From positions 1 through 16,714 of the forward strand of contig NW_021825096.1 of NCBI RefSeq assembly GCF_006345805.1: DNA of 16,714 bases, written 5' to 3'. The notes below the pieces were generated by a model. The model did not search any database and was not told where the DNA came from. It saw nothing but the letters and a program-made list of their open reading frames with translations. This DNA is from Octopus sinensis. Lineage: Eukaryota. Both the position numbers and the translations under genes were made by a program. Numbering within the stretch: position 1 is the stretch's first letter; every line of letters starts with the position of its first letter. Shown piece after piece: positions 8,392 through 16,714 of this stretch.

Positions 8392-8836
8392 CGGTGTAGT
8401 ATGTGATTTACATACTATTGGGATTTACAGCAACTTACATCTAGACTAGTTTGTGATTAAAAACAAAACGGTCTTCCCCTCTTATTTTTCTTCGTTTTTC
8501 CGCAATTTCTCCTCCACATTTGCTGCATGGATCAATATCTCCATGTTCAACAAGGAGTTCATAGCGTCGGAGAAATTCGATTGTAGCTTATTCATCTCAA
8601 ATAACCTGTATGTAGCATTCTTTTGCTCTCATCACGACTTCTTTCAAGGGGCTCATGACTAAAAGTGTTTAAATCATAATTTTTGTTTGTTTGTTTATAT
8701 TACTAAACCAACCGAAAGTCGAGTAAATAGATGAATGCAGATCAAAAAGTCGGTGTAGATCACAAACTATAGCATTTGAACTAATGTAAATCACAAGCTA
8801 TACCAGAAACATATATGTAGATCACATACTAAACCG
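8392..8836 (-). mobile_element. Internally deleted DNA transposon with 21-bp terminal inverted repeats, probably Merlin (IS1595/ISXO2-related)
   Basis: Left end CGGTGTAGTATGTGATTTACA (8392-8412) matches the reverse complement of right end 8816-8836 (CGGTTTAGTATGTGATCTACA) at 19/21. A 16-bp motif is repeated inside both ends in opposite orientation. Flanks CGTCAATGC / CGTCCAAGT match 6/9 (possible decayed target-site duplication). The interior holds a transposase-like pseudo-ORF. Confidence 0.62.
8459..8656 (-). pseudogene. Decayed N-terminus of a putative Merlin/IS1595-like transposase (partial zinc ribbon)
   Basis: One frame from ATG at 8656 reads MSPLKEVVMRAKECYIQVI*DE*ATIEFLRRYELLVEHGDIDPCSKCGGEIAEKRRKIRGEDRFVF, with two in-frame stops. 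DE.A.IEFL...LL followed by CxxCG resembles, from memory, the N-terminus of ISXO2-like/Merlin transposases. It breaks off at the left subterminal repeats before any second Cys pair or DDE domain. Confidence 0.5.
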
Positions 8837-8890
8837 CGTCCAAGTGGTCATTATATTACATATAGAAGAAATCTAGGGGAGCAAAGCTGG

Positions 8891-8997
8891 GAGGCAAAGT
8901 CGACCTCGGAAAGATTCGAACTCAGACAGTAAAGATGGAATTAATGCCGCTAAGCATTTCGTCCGGCGTGCTAACGCTTCTGCCAGCTCACCTCCTT
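8891..8997 (-). mobile_element. 5' head of SINE family B, 3'-truncated
   Basis: Reverse complement AAGGAGGTGAGCTGGCAGAAGCGTTAGCACGCCGGACGAAATGCTTAGC...GAGTTCGAATC..CCGAGGTCGACTTTGCCT aligns with 12935 onward. Confidence 0.85.
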
Positions 8998-9689
8998 AAG
9001 GTGGATAAATACTAAAAACTGTTTACATCTGTCCTAAACCATATACACCAGAGTTTGATAGTTTCCAGAAATCACTGAGGATAACACATACATACACATA
9101 CACATACTCACATGTACACATACACACACAAACACATACATATGTATATAACTATAAATATAAATATATATATATAGGTATGTATGTATACATATATGTG
9201 TGTATGGTTGTATATATATTTATCTATGCGCGCGTGTATATGTTGCATATGATTAAATATCATTGTTACTGTTAAATGTATCCTGCTATTTTCTACAATA
9301 TATATCAACGGATACACTTTTTTTCATTCTATTATTGAATTAGAAATAAAGAGTCTAATACACGAAACAAAAAAGCCAGCCCAGACGCATGTATATAGGA
9401 GTGTGTATACACGTATATGTATACAGTTATATCCTTTCAGCATGACTTAGTGTGTGGGTTCATATATATTTTGATGTATAAAATTATACACATGCCTTTA
9501 TCATCTGTACATATTCACACACAGATATTTAAGTATGTTTATGTGTATGTGAGTATATATTGAGGAAGTGAATGAGAAATAGATAGGAAAAAAGCTAGAT
9601 AGATACATAGATACGCATACATACCACACACATACTGACACACACTTACACAAAAACGCACATACATAGATAAATAGACACATTGATAG

Positions 9690-9690
9690 C

Positions 9691-9722
<32 letters not shown>

Positions 9723-9782
9723 ATATTATATATATATATACATATACATATATATTATACATATACACACACATAGACACAC

Positions 9783-9820
<38 letters not shown>

Positions 9821-9825
9821 GATAG

Positions 9826-9865
<40 letters not shown>

Positions 9866-9881
9866 AGATAGATAGATAGAC

Positions 9882-9919
<38 letters not shown>

Positions 9920-10050
9920 TGACGAGATAGATAAAGTCATATTTGTAACTCCCAACATATATGTATATATATGTATATATATATAGATATATATATATAT
10001 ATATAGAATATATATATATATATATAAATATAATATATATATATACATAG
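9690..10050. repeat. Mosaic of (TA)n, (CA)n and (GATA)n (about 9820-9930)
   Basis: Direct reading. Confidence 0.92.
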
Positions 10051-10259
10051 AAGTGATGAAAGCATTTGTTAATATATCCTTGCCTGTATGTGTTGAGTGT
10101 ATAAGTACCTAGATTGGTATGTAGGTTATTGTTCACACAAACCACACAGACACACGCGCGCACACACACAAGCGCGCGCATACATTCATACAGAAATGAT
10201 ATACACACGTACGCTGATATCTACAGACTCGGAAACACGCACAATCATACGTGTCTGAA

Positions 10260-10287
10260 CACACACACGTATGTGTATATATATGTA

Positions 10288-10321
<34 letters not shown>

Positions 10322-10438
10322 GTGACTGAGAGGAAGTGTGGAAAGAGGGTAAGATGTCTACCTTACATATATATTTCCGGTTAACACGCACATTCGCGTA
10401 CATATTTGAGTTTGAGTTTATTGAGTTTAGTATAAATA

Positions 10439-10479
<41 letters not shown>

Positions 10480-10545
10480 GTGTGTGTGTGTGTGTATTTG
10501 TGTGTGTGTGTGTGTGTGTGTACATACAAACATATATATATATGT
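10260..10545. repeat. (TG)n and (TA)n tracts
   Basis: Direct reading. Confidence 0.85.
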
Positions 10546-11122
10546 ATCCTTGTGTGAATGTGTTGTGTCGACATCCTGTTAAACTAGAATTTCAATAGGT
10601 ATTTATTTATTTATATATGTAATCATTTGTATCATATTAGTTCATTCTATGAGGAATACTCAGTACAAACAAAATGAAGCATATATTAAACCGTTTTGTT
10701 TTCGCTGTATCAAATAATATATTTTTTTTAATGTATTCTGTACTTTATAGCTTGTCTTTTTTTACTCCAAATTTTCCAAACATAAGATCTTTATTAGATA
10801 TTTATGACAGTCGTCACTACTTTATTACAAATTATACAAACAATTCTCAAAGATATATACGACTAAAAATGTGTTTTCTTTTGCTAAAGATCAGATTATA
10901 TTTGTCTCTCGACGCTTTTACCTGCTTCTTCTAATTCGTACGTCGACGCGTAAAGTTATTTATGTATATATTAAAGAGGCGAAAAAAAACAAACAAACAA
11001 ACAAAATCATTAACACGCCGTCATTAGTGGCATTTCTTCCGGCTCTTTACATTGTGAATTACTAATCATGCTCAGGTTAACTTTGCCTTTCATCTCTTCA
11101 GCATCGATATAATAAAGTAGGT

Positions 11123-11452
11123 GAAGGAGCGTGGCTTAGTGGTTATGACAATCGACTCACGATTGTAAGGTCGTGAGTTCGATTCGCGGCGACGTGCTGT
11201 GTCCTTAAGCAAGACACTTTATTTCACGTTGCTCCAATCCACTCAGCTGGCAAAAACAACTTGTACATATATTTCAAAGGGCCAGCTTTCTTACGCTCTG
11301 TGTCACGCTGAATCTCCCTGAGAACTACGGTAGGGGTACACGTGTCTGTGGATTGCTCAGCCACTTTCTCATAAATTTCACGAACAGGCTCTTCCGTTGA
11401 TAGTATCAGCTGGGACCCTCATCGTCGTAATCGACGGAGTGCTCCATTTTTT
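11123..11452 (+). mobile_element. Apparently full-length tRNA-derived SINE with CORE-like block and a 3' half unlike 7907-8170
   Basis: A box TGGCTTAGTGG (11132-11142), B box GAGTTCGATTC (11175-11185), TCCTTAAGCAAGACACTTTATTTCACGTTGCTCCAATCCACTCAGCTGGCAAAAA shared with 7996-8048, then a different 3' region ending in a T6 run. Confidence 0.78.
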
Positions 11453-11500
11453 AATAAAGTACCATTCAATTCAAATACAGGGGTCGAAAATATCGACTTG
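11453..11500 (+). mobile_element. Isolated, diverged copy of the SINE AAGTACC...GGGGTCGA-N5-TCGACTT module
   Basis: AATAAAGTACC...ACAGGGGTCGAAAATATCGACTT matches the corresponding block of family B (3845-3884). Confidence 0.55.
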
Positions 11501-11751
11501 ACGCTTCCCATACAAAAACGGTGGCTTCGAACACTACAACGGACCAGCTGTTCGTTCTGGATGACTTGTTTTGTGGTAAAGTTCTAACGAAAACTTACGA
11601 GCTGTAGGGCTCCCGAGAAATTATAAAAACATGGATATATTATTCATTTCGAATTGTGGCCCTGGGCGAAGTTTGATTTAGACAATGATCAATGTTCACC
11701 TCAATTTAATACGCGTATAACCCTGTGTAATTAAAGGTATCTTGACCAGAT

Positions 11752-12048
11752 CACCGCATTTGGTCGAGCAAATCGACCCCAGAACCTATTCTTTGTAAGC
11801 CAAGTACTTATTCTATCGGTCTCTTTCGCCGAACCGCTAAGTTATGGGGATGTAAACACACCAGCATCGGTTGTCAAGCGTTGTTTGGGGGACACAAAGA
11901 CACAAGCACAAACACACACACACACGCACACACATACACCACACACACATATATATGTATATATATACATATATATATATATACACATAATATATACAAT
12001 ATATATATACATACACACATTGTATTATATATATAATATATAATTATA

Positions 12049-12081
<33 letters not shown>

Positions 12082-12274
12082 GATATATAATATATATATA
12101 TATATATATGATATATATTATATATATATATACGACAGGCTTCTTTCAGTTCCGACTATCAAATCCACTCACAAGACTTTGGTCGGCCCGAGGCTATAGT
12201 AGAAGACACTTGTCCAAGTAGCGGGACTGAACCGGGAACCATGTGTTTAGTAAGCAAGCTACTTACCACAAAGC
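11752..12274 (-). mobile_element. Near full-length SINE family A with internal (CA)n/(TA)n microsatellite
   Basis: Head at 12133-12274, microsatellite at about 11900-12132 and body at 11752-11900 are collinear with the plus-strand copy at 3155-3700 and the copy at 16161-16581. Confidence 0.9.
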
Positions 12275-12310
12275 TCATATATATATATATATATTATATA
12301 TATATATATA

Positions 12311-12530
12311 TCATCTTTTATTTGTTTCACTCATAAGATTGTAGCCATGCTGGGGCACCGGCTTTAAGCAGTATCTTTTGTCGAATGACTCGAGCCCATT
12401 GCGTTATATTTTAAGCCTAGTACTTATTCTATTGATCTCTTTTGCCGAGCCGCTATGTTACGGGGACATAAATACACCAACACCGTTTGTCTAGCGGTGA
12501 TGGGGGACAAACATACACACACACACACAC
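12311..12530 (-). mobile_element. 3' half of SINE family A
   Basis: Aligns with 11752-11915 and 16161-16400. It includes the terminal block seen at 558-605 and stops in the (CA)n tract. Confidence 0.85.
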
Positions 12531-12934
12531 AGAGAAATATCTTTTCTACACCAAGATATGTAGAAAGAAACATTTTGTCGGTGGTTAGTGATAACATTAC
12601 AACACCATCCATCGCATCTCATTCAATCAAGTCTCACTGGTCACATTTACTATATAGTAAACCCAACTCCTCACATCAGTGATTTCAGTGAAAAAGTTGG
12701 TCTATAAGCAATAAATATCTGGTTTCGGTTTCCTGACTCGGTCAGTTTTATATCTCACATTGGTTTTTATAGTGTTTAATATGAACTCCGATTATCTACC
12801 ATATTTCCGATCTCCGTCGGAATATCTGAAAGATGTTGAGACTAGTCGGGAATACTTGCTAATTCCTAACAGCTGCCGCAGTCTATAGCACAAAATTGTT
12901 ATATCGTCGTATGGAATCAGGAAAGTGCTTGTAT

Positions 12935-13380
12935 GAAGGCGGCGAGCTGGCAGAAACGTTAGCACGCCGGGTAAAATGCTTAGAGGATTTCGTCTACCGT
13001 TACGTTCTGAGTTCAAATTGAGGTCGATTTCGCCTTTCATCCTTTCGGGGTCGATAAATTAATTACCAGTTACGCACTGGGGTCAATGTAATCAACTTAA
13101 TCCGTTTGTCTGTCCTTGTCTTCCCCTCTATGTTTAGCCCCTTCTGGGCAATAAAGAAATAAGAAAAGTTAGCACGCCGGGCGGAATGTTTAGCTGCATT
13201 TCGTCTACCGTTACGTTCTGAGTTCAAATTCCGCCGAGGTTGACTTTGCCTTTTATCCTTTCGGGGTCGATTAAATAAGTATCAGTTATGTACTGGGGTC
13301 GATGTAATCGACTTAATCCCTTTGTCTGTCCGTGTTTGTCCCCTCTTTGTTTAGCCCCATGTGGGCAATTAAAAGATAAA
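12935..13380 (+). mobile_element. Dimer of SINE family B (full unit 12935-13161, 5'-clipped unit 13162-13380)
   Basis: First unit starts GAAGGCGGCGAGCTGGCAGAAACGTTAGCACGCCGG and ends GGGCAATAAAGAAATA. Second unit restarts at AGAAAAGTTAGCACGCCGG. Both have B box GAGTTCAAATT. Confidence 0.9.
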
Positions 13381-14079
13381 TATACAACGTAGGAGCAATT
13401 GTATCCGGTTTCAATAAATTGAAGTAAAATGAATTGGTACTCTGTCGGTTTTGGTGATGAGCGTTTAGTTTTAATCGACTGAAATTCACGGAAGTTACCC
13501 GCAATACAATAGTTGTAAGATTTCGAAAGAAGTTAGACGTGGTAAAAGAATAACATGATATATAGCAAACGAGGTATGTTGCACTCTATCTAACAAACAA
13601 TTTGTATATCTTTACTGACCAAAAGAGAACATACTGTCAGTGTTAATATCACTTTAATTCAACATCGAATCTAGACGAAAATATTAATTTTACGAACTAA
13701 CGATTCAACAGACAAGACGAATTCTTGTCACAGAGGCTGACCTTCTTTACCATTCTTTCCATTTACTTATCCCTCAAGCAACCAACTTATTTTTCTCTCA
13801 AACGACTTAATTCACCTTTATCTAAATACGCACACAATGAAGTTGTAATGCTTACTTTTGCAGGAATCTAGAGGATTCTATACTGGAATTGATTTTTGTA
13901 ACTTCGGGCGAATTCTTTCATAAGTAATGTTGATAGATGACAATAGGAAACTACTCGGTTGTATTGTTGTCTCCAAGACATGCTAAAAGCAAGGAACAAG
14001 CATAACCATCGGTCCTCAGTCTTTTTCTGTGATACGTTTTTTTCCTCTTCGCTTATAAAGCGGCAATAAAGTTCAAACA

Positions 14080-14136
14080 GCTACCATCACCAGTACCACC
14101 ACAACCACAACAACAGCAACAAGATCAACGAGAGCA

Positions 14137-14201
<65 letters not shown>

Positions 14202-14411
14202 TACCACCACCACCACCACCACCACCACTACTACTACTACTGGTGCTGCTGCTGCTACTACTACTACTACTACTACTACACTACTACTACTACTACTAAC
14301 TACTACCACTACCCACCTACTACTACTACCATCATTGTCACCGTCCACCTCTACCACCACTTCTACTAGAACTACAAAAAAACGACTACACAGCACAATA
14401 CAACGAGAGCA

Positions 14412-14476
<65 letters not shown>

Positions 14477-14710
14477 TACCACCACCACCACCACCACCAC
14501 CAACACTACTACTACTACTGGTGCTGCTGCTGCTACTACTACTACTACTACTACTACTACAACTACTACTACTACTACTACTACCACTACCACTACTACT
14601 ACTACCATCATTGTCACCTCCACCTCTACCACTTCTACTAGAACGACAAAAACGACTACAACAGCAACAACATCAACAAAAACAACTACTTCGGAAGCAG
14701 CAGTAGCACT
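14080..14710. repeat. Compound trinucleotide repeat (ACT/ACC/ACA/GCT) containing a ~275-bp tandem duplication
   Basis: CAACGAGAGCAACT starts at 14126 and 14401. Both copies then show (ACT)n-TCT-(ACC)n-(ACT)n-GGT(GCT)4-(ACT)n...ACCATCATTGTCACC...TTCTACTAGAAC. Confidence 0.92.
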
Positions 14711-15389
14711 AACATTTATTGAAGTATAGAGACATATGAAAACCAGTTTTTCTTCGATGCTATTTTGCTGTTTTGTGTTCGAGTACCGCCATATTTCTTG
14801 AGGGGAGAATAACGGTAACCTTCATTCCCATCTGTTGCTGATCCGAAGTGTTGCTTTGGCGTGTGATTCACAAGGGAGATTACTTTAGGTTACATCTTAA
14901 GGATATTGTTATTTATATCAGCGTAATAGAAAAAAGTAATCTCCCTTGTAACACCCAATCCAAAATCTCTCGTAGATTTAAATGATACTTTGATAAATTC
15001 TCTGTTGAAGTTTTTAGGACAATTTGTATTTTAATCAAGGTGATTCTATATTGAGAGAAAATTGTGATTGTTGTAGACGACATTCAAAAAGCAGGTTCTG
15101 TAGACAAGAAGGCAACACGGATTCAGTGTTGGAGAAGGTGAGTGTAGAAGAAAGTTGGTGACAAGATGAAGTGGGGAAGATTAGTATATTTTGTCTACGC
15201 TATCAGGGCTCAGCATCTCTATACACATTATCGAAAATGGGAGCACGGGAAATTGGTACATTGGTGATATGGAAGAAACTGAAGTGACGGCCCCAAGAAT
15301 TGAGCGTGAAGTTTTCCGCTCGGAGTGTAAGCTGTGTCTTAGGTCCTTGACCCTCACATATGAGGACTGGTATAATTATTTATTCAAAT

Positions 15390-15515
15390 ACACAGCACAC
15401 AGACACACACAGATGCATACACACATGCAAACATACACATACACACACATTCATAGATGCATATAGAATTATACATGTATGTGATGTGTGTATATGTTTG
15501 TGTGTGTGTGTGTGT
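15390..15515. repeat. Degenerate (CA)n then (TG)n tract
   Basis: Direct reading. Confidence 0.8.
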
Positions 15516-15884
15516 GGTCGCTTTGGTTTGAGTACATCTAAAATGAAATGATAAAAAGAGAGATCTACTTAACATGTTGCTGTTTGATTCTGTTCCAAGC
15601 GATATCTATTAACGTCTAATAAGATATAATATATAATATTTAGTCACCCTTTCCTCAGTCGAAAGTAAAGCAAAGCAAATATGGCTCTTTAACGATTAGT
15701 CATTTTCTGAAGCAGAATTCTGATTGTTATTTTCAAATTATTGTATTGATGTATATAATATATTGGCTTACATAGATTCTGTGATGCAATTTCTAACCAA
15801 GCATTTCTCAACATTTAACATTAATCATGTTCCTTTAATCCTAATACTTCTAACAATTCCTACAGCTGTTAAGCATGCTGATTT

Positions 15885-15963
15885 TACTAACCCTAACTAA
15901 AACTCTGTTTCTTTCTTTCTTCTTTCTCTTCTGCCCTTGCATGGCCAAATCCACTAACTTCAG
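15885..15963 (+). promoter_or_regulatory. 3' splice-site region of the collagen exon: TACTAAC branch-point consensus, pyrimidine tract, long AG-free zone
   Basis: TACTAAC at 15885-15891, CT-rich tract at about 15903-15940, no AG between 15874 and the acceptor AG at 15962-15963, and a second ACTAAC at 15953-15958. Confidence 0.7.
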
Positions 15964-16044
15964 GCGAACCGGGACAGAAAGGAGAAAAAGGTAAAGAGGG
16001 CAACCGCGGATTAATTGGTTTCCCAGGTTTCAAAGGAGAACAAG
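15964..16044 (+). CDS. Internal exon of a collagen or collagen-like gene (9 Gly-X-Y triplets, 81 nt, phase 1 to phase 1)
   Basis: Reads (G)GC GAA CCG... = G-EP-GQK-GEK-GKE-GNR-GLI-GFP-GFK-GEQ-G, with Gly at every third residue and no break. It is preceded by a pyrimidine tract and CAG (15961-15963) and followed by GTAGTT (16045). Length is 9x9 nt with a split Gly codon at both ends. The paralogue cannot be identified from 27 codons. Confidence 0.88.
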
Positions 16045-16160
16045 GTAGTTAATAAACCCAGTTGTGTTGTGTATGCTCGAGCTGTTGTCAACAATTTTAT
16101 ATATATATATATATTTAGTTATTTGTTTATTTTATTATTCATTTGATTATTAATTTATCA

Positions 16161-16581
16161 TTTTTTTTCACTTGTGTTAGTCACTAGACTGCGGCAAGCC
16201 AGGGGTAAAGCCTTAAAGAATCTTAGTTGGAAGAATTGACCCCGGTACTTATTTTTTGTTTAAAGGATGATACTAATTCTATTGTTCACTTTTGCCGAAC
16301 CGCTATGTTAAGAGGACATAAACATAGCAACAACGGTTGTCAAGCTGTGGTTAGGAAGGGCGGAAACATAGACACAAACATACACATACTGACACACACA
16401 TACGCATACACACACATACACACGTATGTATATATACGACGTGTTTCTTTAAGTTTCCGTCAATCAAATCGACTCAAAATGCTTCGGTCGGCCGAGGGCT
16501 ATATTTCAAGACATGTCCAAGGTGCCGCGCAGGGGACGGAACTCGGAAACATGTGGTCAGGAATCAACCAGCAATGCGCCT
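16161..16581 (-). mobile_element. Older, diverged near full-length SINE family A
   Basis: Terminal block, body, short (CA)n/(TA)n tract and head are all collinear with 11752-12274 but with many substitutions. Confidence 0.82.
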
Positions 16582-16714
16582 ATTATTTTGTGGGATCTTG
16601 TCGAGAATGGTAAATTTTCTTTTATACATTCAAAAGACTTTTTGCTTGCATCGACCAAGTCAAGATACGAAATAACGTACAAGGATAGAAAACAACATTT
16701 TTTTTACAATCGAT

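Noticed and set aside
8261-8449. ORF with GC-richer codons and a CTG|GTAAGA donor at 8374/8375
   Set aside because: No convincing acceptor or recognisable peptide, and the 3' part runs into the TIR element.
8754-8769. Similarity of TAGATCACA to the bacterial CRP half-site
   Set aside because: No matching TGTGA half at the right spacing and no bacterial context.
8736-8831. CRISPR-like look of regularly spaced repeats with variable spacers
   Set aside because: Repeats are 16 bp and spacers 15 bp, there are only three phased copies, they are not palindromic, there are no cas genes and the context is eukaryotic. Transposon subterminal repeats explain it better.
45-10574. Many track ORFs rich in YI, HT, CV, MYVC or LSIY repeats
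   Set aside because: They are translations of (TA)n, (CA)n, (TATG)n and (TATC)n microsatellites, which lack stops in some frames. There are no domains or splice support.
13850-13925. Acceptor-like TTACTTTTGCAG at 13852-13863
   Set aside because: No Gly-X-Y. The phase-1 frame stops immediately, the other frames stop within about 20 codons, and there is no strong donor.
14073-14706. Poly-Val and poly-Leu ORFs resembling membrane or signal peptides
   Set aside because: Alternative frames of the ACT/ACC repeat.
16227-16613. 128-aa ORF (and similar ORFs at 3504-3863, 12424-12682, 12792-13040)
   Set aside because: They lie within SINE copies and are incidental open frames in non-coding repeats.

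Overview
AT-rich, microsatellite-dense eukaryotic DNA, not a prokaryotic island. The SINE types and microsatellite load resemble octopus (coleoid cephalopod) genomes; this is recalled resemblance, not a search result. Almost all ORFs in the supplied track are artefacts of simple repeats. The one well-supported host coding segment is an 81-nt Gly-X-Y collagen exon (15964-16044, +) with canonical splice signals, so much of the window may be intron of a collagen or collagen-like gene. The rest is mobile DNA. It includes about a dozen full or partial copies of at least three tRNA-derived SINE families, some as head-to-tail multimers or chimeras, and a dead 3' fragment of an R4/Dong-like non-LTR retrotransposon ending in a (TAA)n tail. 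It also includes an unannotated 445-bp element (8392-8836) with 21-bp terminal inverted repeats, phased subterminal repeats and a decayed Merlin/IS1595-like transposase N-terminus. There is also a 44-bp near-perfect fold-back hairpin next to an imperfect one (1128-1365), and a duplicated ~275-bp trinucleotide module. I see no convincing new multi-gene system. The best leads are the TIR element, the hairpin pair, the SINE multimer and shared-hairpin architecture, and the splice-regulatory context of the collagen exon.
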